This document shows, in pieces, positions 1 to 11,568 of a stretch of 64,000 bases of DNA. Both the position numbers and the translations under genes were made by a program. This DNA comes from Podarcis erhardii (lineage: Eukaryota): assembly GCA_964252035.1 (NCBI GenBank), contig OZ176205.1. One strand, written 5' to 3'. Numbering within the stretch: the stretch's first letter is position 1; each line of letters opens with the position of its first letter. The notes beneath the pieces are model-generated. The model was not told where the DNA came from. It saw nothing but the letters and a program-made list of their open reading frames with translations, and made no database searches.

Positions 1-339
1 CCACTCACCCGTGGCTGTCTCAATCGCTGGCAGAATCCGTCAGTGGGCGTTTCTTGAACTTCTTCCAGCAAAGAAGCTCTTTGACGCCTAGTCTCCTCCT
101 ACTCTCCCTGCGCGGAAGCCTTCTACGCAAGGAGGGTGTGGGCAGCGGAGGACCCGTACTCTCCCCGCTGGTCTCCAGCGAGGAGTCATGGAGCCACCTC
201 GCCAATTCCCCCATCTCCACTGGTGCTACGCTGATTTCCTTCCCCAGAAGATGGGCTTCTTCTCTCCCTCCCGGGACGCTCTCCGGAATCCCTCTGGAGC
301 CCTCCCTCTCCCTCTGGCTCCGATGGCAGTTCCCTGACA
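1..339 (-). mobile_element. LTR-like repeat, truncated by window start
   Basis: On the minus strand it begins TGTCAGGGAAC at 339 and is CpG-richer than the flanking intron. The ORFs over it have no recognisable homology. Family assignment is tentative. Confidence 0.3.
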
Positions 340-507
340 ATAACCTTCTCAGATATTTTCTTACACCCAAACTACCAGTATGTACATACACACATCTCAA
401 GTCTATTATCTGATCATGTACACTTATTAATATGGACACAGAAAGCAAAGTATGCCCCTGAAAGTTCCCGCTATTATAAATCAAGACGTTGTTGGCGTTC
501 TTTCAGA

Positions 508-640
508 CAGGGATAGGGAACCTGCGGGCCTCTAGATGTTGTTGGACTCCAAATCCCATCATCCCTGATCACTGGCAAAGATGGCTGGGATTGATGGGAG
601 TTGGAAATCCTACAACAACTAGAGGACCACAGGTCTCCTG
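508..640. mobile_element. Degenerate palindromic MITE (AGATGTTGTTGGACT..CCCATCATCC family)
   Basis: Shares its core with the copies at 36759, 43728, 47619 and 63160; arms are imperfectly inverted. Confidence 0.5.
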
Positions 641-713
641 TTGCTGCTTTGTGAGATTAACATCAAGGTTTATTCATTAATTTGAAAGCATGGCTCCCTC
701 CCCAATCACTCAC

Positions 714-899
714 CTTCTCTCTAATTTTGGAAATTAAGCTCTCCACAGCTGCTTTCAAAAGTTCTGCTCTTTGTTTCTGAACACTAGCTGCCCTTTTCAG
801 AGCATTCCGCCTCTCCTTTCTTCTGTCCTTTTCAGCCAAAATCTGCTGCTTATATTCTCCAACTTGCTGTTTCCATTCTGTAATGTTCTTTTCTACTGT
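714..899 (-). CDS. ODF2L: ODF2L coding exon (TVEK...KIREK, 62 codons); gene continues beyond position 1
   Basis: AG acceptor at 901/900 and AAG|GTGAGT donor; 186 nt, phase 0-0. ALKRAASVQKQR...LISKIREK resembles human ODF2L ALKKASKVYKQR...LTSQIRDQ (from memory). Confidence 0.9.
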
Positions 900-1880
900 C
901 TGCATCAGAATTAAAGAAGATTATTATATGCTCCAAACATGAAACGTTTGAGGCGGACATTAGCCAAGTGGCGGCAGTGTATGCGTTTGCGCTTGCATGT
1001 ATGTATAAAAGATTAAACTAGAGTACAGAAGACACAAAACAAAACAGAGATGCTTGATTTGGTTCATCAGAGCAGTGAAGGCAACAGATTTAAAGTAACG
1101 TGCAAGTTAATTCCAACAGTTTAACAAGGCTTAAAAAAAATAATACATTGAAACACATGCTGAAGTATTTTGAAGATTCTATTCAGTGTTGAAAACATGA
1201 ACCCTGAAGTACTTGGTGACAGTCAAACTCTGCAGACTGACTTAAACTGCAGTGGCAGGTTGGCTAATCTGGGGCAGGAGGTCATTTCTGACCCACCAAG
1301 ACACACTAAGCAGCCCATTAGATTCGCAGCTGTATCTCCCAGTCGGGAGAGAAAAGTTCCCTCTGGCTACCCTTGGAGAGGATATTCAGTTTTAGCACTA
1401 AGCAACACAGTGTTTAGGTTGGAGATAAACCCCCTAATTTCTCTTTGAGAGTTAAAAAAGGAACAGCATTTCCCCTCAGCCCAGCACTGGAGTCAGAATA
1501 GGTGGAAATGCCAATTGTGCGAGTGGCTCTACACGTGCGTTCCTGGGCAAGCGTGTAAATCTGAATGTTTGGTCCCTCCTTTGTGATGCTGCGTGTCTGT
1601 GTTCCAGCGGATGTTGTCTCTGACGAAGAATACTACTAGCATCTGTGAAATCTGCCTGTGGCAGGCACCGTCCTGGAATGCAACCAAATATTGTCCAAAG
1701 GGACGATATATCTCCTGGATTCCTTGACTGCGTTCACATGGGCAACACCAGAAGCCATGGAGGCCTGACCGAGAAAGGGTAAGTTGGCAAACAGAAGCTG
1801 CCTTTTGCGAGAGGACACGTGTTATTTATCAATTCCCCACAAGAGGTCACCATTTTAGCATCACAACTTGCATGACCAGA

Positions 1881-1906
<26 letters not shown>
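1881..1906. repeat. (AC)n microsatellite
   Basis: Directly visible. Confidence 0.95.
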
Positions 1907-1911
<5 letters not shown>

Positions 1912-2633
1912 AAAAGGTAGGCAAACATAGGTAAAAAATAACTTGTACAGCAAACGGTTCTACATTCTTCAAAAGACCTGCAAACATTAAAGTCGGGTTG
2001 CACTATGAATCCTGTGCCTACGCATTTCAAGGCTAAAGGTAGATGGAAGCCGACTGCGGTTGGAGCATCCTTATACAAAGCTTACAGAAACATTCGAGAA
2101 GAAATCACCAGTGCAAAGGGTTGCCAACAGCAGTTTTATGTAAGTTTTTTTTTAAAAAAAGGAATTCAGTTTATCGCCAATTCTCACTATGTAAAAATGG
2201 GCCATTTAAAAAAGAATGTACTGTATGGGGAATCTCGGTATAAACATAGGCCGCTCCCTGCAAGACCTTTTTCCACCTGGCCTTGGGGCGGGGGGCCAGA
2301 CTCAACAGCTCTACTGAAGAGGCTCCTGGCGAGACCAGAGGGACATCACTATGCCTGACAACAAACCCTAACTATTGGATTCCTTTGCCCATCTTTTTGT
2401 GCCTGCCAAACAGCTGTGTCACGCTTATGATAATACTTTATTCTCTTGTTAATTATGCTGTTTTAAATGTGTATTTTATATTTGACTTCACAATGGTGTT
2501 GGGGTTTTTTTGAAATGTTTATTTTTTTTTTGTTAACTTTGCGTTAAATATGTATTCTGTAGTTGACCTCCTTTGTAATGCTATATTTTGAAACCTTTTA
2601 GTTTTCTGTTAATTATGTTGCTTTGACTGTATA

Positions 2634-3129
2634 CCGTATTTTTCGCCCTATAGGGCGCACTTTTCCCCCTCCAAAAATGAAGGGGAAATGTGTGTGCGTC
2701 CTATGGGGCGAATGCAGGCTTTCGCTGAAGCCTGGAGAGCGAGAGGGGTCGGTGCGCACCGACCCCTCTCGCTCTCCAGGCTTCAGGAAGCTATCCGCAA
2801 GCCTTGCAAGCCCGGAGGGAGTTCCCGCAGGCTCGTAAGGCTTGCAGGCAGCAGCCTGCAGCCCGAAGCACGGGACACCCTCCGGAGGACGCCCTTTGCT
2901 TCGGGCAGGTGTCCGCAAGCCTTGCGTGCCCGGCGGGAGTTCCCGCGGGCTCGCAAGGCTTGCGGGCAGCAGCCTGCAGCCCACAAGCTCGGGGGACAGC
3001 GGGGAGGCGGAGCGCCACCATCCCGCTGTTCCCCGACCTGGTTTTGGGGGGGGGGAAATAAAGGAAACAATTTTTTCCTTTATTTCCCCCCCAAAAAACT
3101 AGGAGCGCCCTATGGGACGAAAAATACGG
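2634..3129 (+). mobile_element. Non-autonomous Tc1/mariner-superfamily (pogo/Tc2-like) MITE, copy 1
   Basis: TIRs CCGTATTTTTCG...CGAAAAATACGG flanked by TA on both sides; internal GC-rich palindromes. Confidence 0.85.
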
Positions 3130-3601
3130 TATTCTAGATTTGACTTTCTTCAGAAATGTTTGGTTCTGCATTGTTTTATTGATGTTTTTATACGCTGCAA
3201 ACCGCTTTGAGATTTTTCTTAAAAATATAAAGCAGTATAGGAATTAAATAAATAAATAAATAAATAAATAAATGAAAAAATTCTGATTTCTTTATAAAAA
3301 AAGAATTTAACACCTCACACAAAAACATTATTTCAGCTCATATTACCAACAGTAAGTCTTTGCATTATTTATTTCTCTATCTGACGGCTTAAAAAAATAC
3401 CTTTACGCCTGGTGTGCACATCACACTAGTCCAAAACATGGCTGAGTGTCTAAGGGCAAGCGTGTGAGCCACTAAGGAGGGGAGCATGGCAACTTTCCTT
3501 CTCCTCCACTTCTCCCGATGCTGTACTGCCATGAGCTGAACCTTGGTTAGGCTGAACAAGTCTGATCTCCAAGCTCAAGGGTTTTCTCTTGCTCCAGACA
3601 A

Positions 3602-3910
3602 AAAAGGTAAAGGACCCCTGACAGTTAAGTCCAGCCGGAAACGACTATGGGGTTGCAGCGCTCATCTCGCTTTACAGGCTGAGGGAGCTGGCGTTTGTCC
3701 GCAGTTTTTCCAGGTCATGTAGCCAGCGTGACTAAGCCGCTTCTGGTGAACCAGAGCAGCGCACAGAAACGCCATTTACCTTCCTGCCTTAGCAGTACCT
3801 ATTTATCTACTTGCACTTTTGAACAGTGCTTTCGAACTGCTAGGTTGGCAGGAGCTGGGACTGAGCAATGGGAACTCACCCCGTCATAGGGATTCAAACC
3901 GCCAACCTTC
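3602..3910 (-). mobile_element. Sauria/Squam1-type SINE, 5' end missing
   Basis: Reverse complement of the SINE body seen at 46360-46712; AAAGGT tail remnant. Confidence 0.85.
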
Positions 3911-3919
3911 AAGCATATA

Positions 3920-5431
3920 CCGTATTTTTCGCACCATAGGGCGCACCGGACGATAGGGCGCACCTAGTTTTGGGAGGTGGAAAACAGGAAAAAATTATTC
4001 TGAACCCCAGAAGCCAGAACAGCAAGAGGGATCTGGCTTCTGGGATACCGTGTGGCTGTTCTGGCTTCTGGGGTAACCGCGCCAAGCCTCTTCAGGGCAG
4101 CGGGATGAAGGCTCCCCCTGCCCAAAGAGGCTGCGCAGGGCTAAAGCAGAAGCCAGGACAGACGCGTCGCTGAAGGAGCACTGCGCCTTCTCTCTCTCTG
4201 CCCAGCGCCCCTCCTTCACAGGAGAGGTGCTGCGCAGAGAGGGAGAAGGGGCATCGCCCTTCAGCGAACCTGGAGAAGGAACAGAAGGAGACCCTTCTGC
4301 CGCCCCAAGCCTCGCGCGCCCGGCGGGACCTCCCGCCGGGCGCACAAGGCTTGCAGACACTCGCCCAAGTACGGGGAGCGCTCCGGAGGGCTCCCTGTGC
4401 TTTGGGCAACAGGCTGCCGCCCCAAGCCGGGCGCGCAAGGATTGCAGACACTCGCCCGAAGTACGGGGAGCCCTCCGGAGGGCTCCGCATGCTTCGGGCG
4501 GCAAGCTGCCGCCCCAAGCCTCGCGCGCCTGGCGGGACCTCCTGCCGGGCGCGCAAGGCTTGCAGACACAGGAGCTCCCGCCGGGCGCGCAAGGCTTGCA
4601 GACACTCGCCCGAAGCACGGGGAGCCCTCCGGAGGGCTCCCTGTGCTTCGGGCAACAGGCTGCCGCCCCAAGCCTCGCGCCCCCGGCGGGATCTCCTGTC
4701 GGGCGCGCGAGGTTTGCAGACACGCACCCGAAGCACGGGGAGCCCTCCGGAGGGCTCCCTGTGCTTCGGGCGGCAGGCTGCCACCCCAAGCCTCACGTGC
4801 CCGGCGGGAGCTCCTGCCGGGCGCGCAAGGCTTGCAGACACTCGCCCGAAGCACGGGGAGCCCTCTGGAGGGCTCCCTGTGCTTCGGGCAACAGGCTGCC
4901 GCCCCAAGCCTCGCGCCCCCGGCGGGATCTCCTGCCGGGCGCGCGAGGTTTGCAGACACGCACCCGAAGCACGGGGAGCCCTCCGGAGGGCTCCGCGTGC
5001 TTCGGGCGGCAGGCTGCCACCCCAAGCCTCGCGCGCCCGGCGGGAGCTCCTGCCGGGTGCGCAAGGCATGCAGACACTCGCCCGAAGCACGGGGAGCCCT
5101 CCGGAGGGCTCCCTGTGCTTCGGGCAACAGGCTGCCGCCCCAAGCCTCGTGCGCTCGGTGGGACCTCCCGCCGGGCGCGCAAGGCTTGTGGACACTTGCC
5201 GGGGCTGCAGGCTGCTGCCCGCAAGCCTCGTGAGCTCGCGGGAACTCCCGCCGGGCTTGCAAGGCTTGCGGATAGCTTTCTGAAGGCTGGAGAGCGAGAG
5301 GGGTCGGTGCACACCGATGCCTCTCACTCTCCAGGCTTCAGCGAAAGCTGCATTTGCACCATAGGACGCACACACATTTCCCCTTCATTTTTGGAGGGGA
5401 AAAAGTGCGTCCTATGGAGCGAAAAATACGG
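3920..5431 (-). mobile_element. Same pogo/Tc2-like MITE family, copy 2, inverted relative to copy 1 and internally expanded
   Basis: Same TIRs with flanking TA. Its right end (CCCTTCATTTTTGGAGGGG) is the reverse complement of the left end of copy 1. Confidence 0.85.
4290..5240. repeat. GC-rich tandem array, 118-bp unit made of two palindromes
   Basis: The anchor TTGCAGACAC or a close variant occurs at 4596, 4714, 4832, 4950, 5068 and 5186 (exact 118-bp spacing), with partial units at 4351, 4442 and 4560. Confidence 0.95.
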
Positions 5432-5987
5432 TACAACCAGATGAGCTTTGGGGCTTCAAGGCAGATTGTCCCCAGTGACGGGACTGGTTTGTGGGAGTAT
5501 TTGGCTGGGGTAGAGATTTAAGGAAATCAACCTGAGATAAAGGAAACTTAGAAGCTTCTTCAGTTGGGAATATCGGTCCACAGAGATTGCACATGAACTC
5601 TTTCTATGAACAAAGCATTCCCATTTTATTTATGTGGACCTGGAGTCAGGGTGGGATATTCATAAATGCAATGATTTATGGCCATAGGTCAACTGAACTA
5701 TGTATAGTTCCAGACTGGAGGTGTAGAGGGGTTTTCTTGAAATAAGCAATTATTGTGACAATGCAGATATAGCTTTCTGAATTATTTGACAGAACGTGGC
5801 TGATACAGATATAACAGATTTGTGGCTTTTCTCATGAAATTTAGAGAGTGCACCTGAGATTTTAAAATTTTTTATAGCTGCTGTGACTGGCAACTTCAAT
5901 CCATAGCGACCCTCCCCAACACTGCCAAACACACACACACCCTATCATCAATCGATCAAAGAAGCAAAACCAACAAAAACCAGTTAC

Positions 5988-6104
5988 CTTAAATTTTGTT
6001 CTCAGTTGATTATTCTCAGCCTCCTTTCTCTCTATCTGGCATTGCAAGTGAGTCTGTACCAACTGTGTTGATTCGGAATGACGAGATGCTTTTAACACAT
6101 TAGC
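5988..6104 (-). CDS. ODF2L: ODF2L coding exon (ANVLKASRHSES...RTKFK, 39 codons)
   Basis: ttttag acceptor, AAG|GTAACT donor, 117 nt. Resembles human ANTLKANRFSQSV...IHKREAENDKLK. Confidence 0.93.
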
Positions 6105-7617
6105 CTAAAATAATAAAACAAAGCCCATAATAAATTATGACGTCTACATGGCTGCACCTATAATGAACTTTCGTACTCTATGGAAGGGGCAGGCAGACTT
6201 TAGACTTGTTGGATCTACTTCGATTTTTCCTTTGTTTCAGAACCCTGGGATCTACCAAGTGGAGACTGGTATTAAGACATCCGACAAGATTTGAAACAGC
6301 AAGTTGCCTCTGAGCACGTTACAAGTCTAAGAATTCATTTTCAGCACCAGAACTCAATGGAGTCGTTTAACAGTCACCTCCTGGTTAACTTTATATTCAT
6401 TCAGGCAGCCTAATTTAAATGGGAAAAGTCACTTTGTTGTTGCAGTTGTTATACAATTGGGAAGCCTTGGTTGATCTACTCAGCATTCAAAACTCCCATT
6501 GTTCTAGGCGCGTTTTGCGACAGGGAATTTCATAAACGTGAGCAGTTTCTGAGCTCTGGGTGCAGTACTGCGTCTAAGATTTCAGATTAAAATGGCCACT
6601 GTTACTCGGACGTAAATCCCAACCAAGTTCATTGGGGCTTCCTCCCAAGTGCATGGATTGGGGACCTGAAAATTTCTTTTCTTTTAACCCAACATGTTTT
6701 GTTTAGGTTTTAGTTGCCTTGTTGAATGTACTTTTAATGTACGATGTGCTTTTAATTCGAAATATGCTAGCCAGTTAGTTATGATGGTTTAAGTAGCGCG
6801 TGTTAAAACGTTGTCTACTTCAGACGCTCACAGGGATGCTTAAAATCTAAACAAATTTTGGAGTGTGATCATTGAAGGACCCTTAAGTCTTAGGGTTGCG
6901 AACTGGACACTCAATGTAGGTGTCTCTGCCATCAGTTGTATAGGCCTTATTAGTTACTTGTGGTGCCAAAAAGATATATTTATATGAAGGAAATGGGGTA
7001 TAGGGAGAATCCAGGGCTTGTCTGCAGAGCAGAAGGAAAGGAGGACCTTTTTCTGCCTCCCCATTTCCAGCCACTCCCTGAAGGCTGCAGAAGGGACCCT
7101 CTTAAGAATATTAGGGGGGTGGGCAGGGGAAACATGGCTTTGTTTTTTGAAGTCTTCAGATGAGGTCTATACCATGTGAAAAATGAACGTAAGATTTTAG
7201 CTGCTGTTTATTCATTTCCAGCTTTGTATTCTAGTTATAAATAAGCGCGCCTAGACATTCCGCTGTTGTGCCCTTCCGAAAGAAAAGCAGCTAACTTTAA
7301 TAGAAGGAATTAAAAACACTATTTAAAAAAACCAAATAGATGATATGAACAAGTACCTAGCAATTTTTTAAAATAAAATAAAATAAAATAAAATGCTACA
7401 TTTGCCTATCAATAAAATTTCAATACCCAAGGAAAGGAAATAATAATTCAATTAAAACATTCCACAAAATCAATACAATCATATTGCACATACATTTCAA
7501 ATAACAGGTAAGGGGATAACAAAACACATATTTTAGTGAAAGATATATACTCTTAGGCTGCAATCCTGAACACATTACATACCTGGGAATAAGATCCACT
7601 TAATAAAGTGGGACTTA

Positions 7618-7898
7618 CCATATATACTCGGGTATAAGCCGACTTTTTCAGCACATTTGTTATGCTGAAAAAGCCCCCCTTGGCTTATACTCGAGTGAGG
7701 TGGGCGGCGGCAGAGGAACGAGCAGCCCGAAAGCAGCCCTTTTGGGCTGCTTGTTCTTCCTCCACCGCTGCCGCCACCACCAGGTTTGTGGTGTGGTGAA
7801 CCGGCTTATACTCGAGTCAGTAAGTTTCCCCAGTTTTTTGTGCTAAAATTAGGTGCCTCGGCTTATATTCGGGTCGGCTGATACTTGAGTATATACGG
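7618..7898. mobile_element. Tc2/pogo-like MITE (CCGTATATACTCG TIR family)
   Basis: TIRs CCATATATACTCG / TGAGTATATACGG with flanking TA. Confidence 0.75.
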
Positions 7899-8093
7899 TA
7901 CTTCTGAGTAGACAGGTCTGAGACTGCACAGCTACACTCTCATTCTGGAAGTCAACATACTGAAATATTGGCACACCAATAGCTTAGAACTAGCAGGAAC
8001 CACAAGATGTGGTTATCAAGGCATGTAATTTGGTAAACATAAACTTATGGCAGGTGAAGTAAAACAGCTGTACAAAGGGAAATGCTAACTTAC

Positions 8094-8165
8094 TTTCTCA
8101 TGCTGAAGCTGAGTAGAAAGCTCTAAAATATACCTTTCTTTTCGATGAACTTCATGCTTGAGTTC
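8094..8165 (-). CDS. ODF2L: ODF2L coding exon (ELKHEVHRKERYILELSTQLQHEK)
   Basis: Pyrimidine tract plus AG, GTAAGT donor, 72 nt, phase 0-0. Resembles human NLKKKVFEKEAHIQELSCLFQSEK. Confidence 0.9.
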
Positions 8166-8706
8166 CTTCAAAGGGAAAAAAAACAATTATTATTATTTTT
8201 TGCATACTAGAGAGCAAGGATTTGTAACTCGAGGAGGCTGGGGGGGGGGGGAGAGAACAAGGATAGAAAGTATACTGGCTTTCATGACAGAGGGCTCATT
8301 TAGATAACAGCAGGCCCACAAATAGTCAAAACACTGTGCGAACTTTTTCCAGAAGTTCTGAGAATGCCATCTTGGTAGTCAAGATAACCTTACAATTAAT
8401 TGGTAGATGTTAAAACCGTGAGCTCATATATGTTTATATCCACTTGCTTTGATAGAAACTAATTGGTTTGCCTTGATGTTATCATTATCTGGGGGCTTGG
8501 GAGTGTTGGGCTCTGGGCCCAGAAAAGGGGAACTATCTGTAAGATTTGAGTATTTGCCACCTATGTTCTCATCTAGTTAGGTGAAGTGATGGGAAGTCCC
8601 ACCCAAAGTGGTGTATGCCGCTTTCTCTATAAATAATGTGTGAACATTTCCTTGGGAGCGGACAAGCCATCTCCTTGCTGCAGTGTCCATCCTGTGTCTG
8701 CCACTA

Positions 8707-8708
8707 AT

Positions 8709-8753
<45 letters not shown>

Positions 8754-8757
8754 AACA
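8707..8757. repeat. (AAC)n microsatellite
   Basis: Directly visible; explains the poly-Thr in ORF 8683..8973. Confidence 0.95.
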
Positions 8758-8880
8758 ATACATCAGACAACATTCAGCATGGCTCCCTCATCCTATGTGC
8801 AACTGCTTAAAATGCCTAAAACAGGCTGTGGTGCCGCCTTCACGAAACGAAATGAGGACACGCCGAAGAACAGAACTTAC

Positions 8881-8943
8881 TACAGCTTCAGTTTCGCTTT
8901 CAGTCAACTTCTGTATCAAATCTTCAATCTGTGTACTGATAAT
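8881..8943 (-). CDS. ODF2L: ODF2L coding exon (IISTQIEDLIQKLTESETEAV)
   Basis: tttttag acceptor, GTAAGT donor, 63 nt, in frame with both neighbours. Confidence 0.85.
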
Positions 8944-9891
8944 CTAAAAATAAGGAAAATGAAACAAAACTGATTCAGTGTCACTTAATAATGAATACAA
9001 CATATTACGTTTAACATACTGTACTTCCTGAGACATAAAACTCCCAACATTCCAAGTGACCATGCCCTCTATTTACAGTTAAGGACTAAGAAAATAAAAA
9101 TAAAAACTAGAAGCGCAGATAAGAAAGTTCCTTTGTGAATTAAAATTTGACTTGTTTGGAGGTCATTTTTTTAAGCCCCAAAAGTCTATTTTATTAATTG
9201 ATCTTTAAAAAAAAAAAAGAGAAAGAAGACATTTTCTACTTATTTTTTCTTATCCAAGTAATAGTTTAAAGGAGTATTCTATTAACTGGGCAACATCCAA
9301 CGATAGATAATAATTAAAAAATTAAAATTATTAGAGTTTCTCTTGTTCAAAAGACCTCTGTTTGTGTACGTGTGAGACCTGCCCGCTCTCTCCCAACCTA
9401 CAGCCCTCCACGTATAGGAATAACAGATATCTTTTTCTAAAAAGTTATCAGATACTAAATTTCCTGCCAAGAGAATGGACAGGTGGATATCAACTCAGCC
9501 CTGTTTCAGTTCAGGAACAACTTTGTTAATGCACTGAAGGTTTAATTCTTATAAGAAAATGTTTGTCTAGGTTGTGTTCCAGCCCAGGGCAAGTTGATAA
9601 TGGGGTCCCCATGACATCGTGCAGGATTCATGTGTTAGCATAAGCCAAAGCATTTTAAGTACAATATGCAGTTATGTGAAGAAAGTGCTCGCATACTGAC
9701 ATTCTTCATGAGCACATGAAGGAGGTTACAGGCTGCTGTGTTAAGTGGTAAGCCTTTTTCCTCAGGTGCAGATCAACTGGCAAGGAAGGCCAACCCAAAC
9801 TTGATGCTGTTATGTAGGCAACTGCAGCTCTGGTCTGTAAACAGATCTGCTGCAACCCAGGGAATCTTTTGGTGGCATCAAGATGGATCTA

Positions 9892-10148
9892 CCATATTTT
9901 TCACTCTGTAAGATGCACCAGCCCACATGACGCACCTAGTTTTTGGAGGAGGAAAACAAGAAAAAAAATATTCTGAATCTCAGAAGCCAGAACAGCAAGA
10001 GGGATTGCTGCACAGTGAAAGCAGCAATCCCTCTTGCTGTTCTGGCTTCTGGGATAGCTGCGCAGCCTGCATTCGCTCCATAAGACGCACACACATTTCC
10101 CCTTACTTATTAGGAGGGGAAGTGAGTCTTATAGAGCAAAAAATATGG
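9892..10148. mobile_element. Shorter relative of the pogo/Tc2-like MITE family
   Basis: TA-flanked degenerate TIRs. The internal hairpin CAGAAGCCAGAACAGCAAGAGGGAT...ATCCCTCTTGCTGTTCTGGCTTCTG has a left arm shared with 4008-4034. Confidence 0.75.
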
Positions 10149-10526
10149 TAGTTTGCCCCTGCGCATGAGGGGAATGGATTCTTAGCCACCTGACAAATCC
10201 CGTCTGGGAGAAAGAGCTACAGCTCTGCTGCACAAAGCAAGAGACTTAGAAACCTTGTTCATAAAAGGATCTAATCCAAAGCAATTCCTGGGCTAGACAC
10301 AAACAAAGAGCAACACAGAAACTTATCGGGATGGGCCAACAAACTCGAGGGCTCCCCCCCCCCCCTTATCTCAGGGCACTGCTTGATATATTATCATCTA
10401 ATTTTATTTTTCTGTGAATTCACCTCCTTCTTTGAAAATTCTACTTCAAGCAATGAAAAAAAATACTTAAAACTTGTTGTTGATAAATACTATACTTGGT
10501 TGTGGTTTCTGTGCACGTTCTCTTAC

Positions 10527-10658
10527 TTCTTTTTCCTTGCTTGATCTAAGTAGCTGCTGTAACAGTCCCTTCATATTTTTGAGAGCCCCTAGCTCCATTA
10601 CCAGTAAATCCTCTTGCATAGAAATCTTTATCATATCTGCTGCAGAAACGTAACAAGC
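10527..10658 (-). CDS. ODF2L: ODF2L coding exon (ACYVSAADMIKISMQEDLLVMELG...SKEKE, 44 codons)
   Basis: ttttgtcag acceptor, GTAAGA donor, 132 nt. Resembles human KISEQKEILIKELDTFKSVKLALEHLLR. Confidence 0.88.
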
Positions 10659-10864
10659 CTGACAAAAATATTAAATCGCAGTTAAGTCGTTTTGTAAAAA
10701 AAGAAAACCCTCTTTTTGCCCAAACCAGTGTGACACTGTTCAGGTAGCCACCTTAAAACAGAACCGTTTTGATAAAACAAACCTTTTACATCATTTGAAC
10801 ACACAGAACAATCACAAATACAAAACGATAGGAAACGATTTTGCTATGACGCCTGTCACAAATA

Positions 10865-11106
10865 CAGTGGTACCTTGGGTTAAGAACTTAATTCGTTCCG
10901 GAGGTCCGTTCTTAACCTGAAACTGTTCTTAACCTGAAGCACCACTTTAGCTAATGGGGCCTCCTGCTGCTGCCGTGCTGCTGTTGCGTGATTTCTGTTC
11001 TCATCCTGAAGCAAAGTTCTTAACCTGAGGTACTATTTCTGCGTTAGCAGACTCTGTAACCTGAAGCGTCCGTAACCTGAAGCATCTGTAACCCAAGGTA
11101 CCACTG
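10865..11106. mobile_element. Tigger/pogo-like MITE (CAGTGGTACC...GGTACCACTG)
   Basis: TIRs with TA duplication. Related copies at 12695-12920, 17634-17885, 19720-19964, 21375-21626, 22291-22826, 25247-25471, 25933-26134, 34160-34566 and 54597-55080. Confidence 0.85.
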
Positions 11107-11568
11107 TAACTAGCTTTTCTCCAAACCAAAGCAGCACTGCTGGTTCTGGAGCAGAGATGATAGCAAGGCTGGGACACCTCAGGCCAGAGGTCCAAATGCA
11201 GCTCTCCGGGCCTATCAATCTGGCCCCCAAAACTCTCCCTCACTGGCCATGCTTGCATCTCAAGTGTTTTGTCTGAATGGAATGTGTCCTTGCACTCAGA
11301 TGATGCCTGGTCATCTGAATGGAGGATAGAGGGTGTCTGTGAAGGTGTGTGAGCGTTCATATGAATTAGTCCACAAAGGTAAAATTTAATTTTGTTGCTT
11401 TACCTGATTTTACCCTCTGGCCTCATCCACCACTAAGCACATGGCCCAAGGAAGGTTGCTTAGATAAGAATGCAGCTGAAAAATATTCACCAGCCCTTGG
11501 TCTACAGACACAGGTTGAATTGCAGCTAGACCCAAGACACATCATTTTAACATACCCAATTCAAAATT

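Noticed and set aside
2300-2345. CTGAAGAG...GCGAGAC as a second hammerhead
   Set aside because: There is no GAAA, no convincing stem II and no flanking helices or PLE context.
4290-5240. CRISPR-like or bacterial REP/BIME array
   Set aside because: The spacers are repeated rather than unique, there are no cas or tyrosine-transposase genes, and the array lies inside a TA-flanked eukaryotic MITE within an intron.
3995-5444. Long ORFs of 173-427 aa in several frames on both strands
   Set aside because: They arise from the GC-rich palindromic 118-bp repeat, which is poor in stop codons; the peptides are periodic and have no domain signature.
9400-9452. Extra ODF2L exon after a good acceptor (ctcttggcag)
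   Set aside because: No credible donor, and the flanking exons already join in frame and cover the homologous protein.
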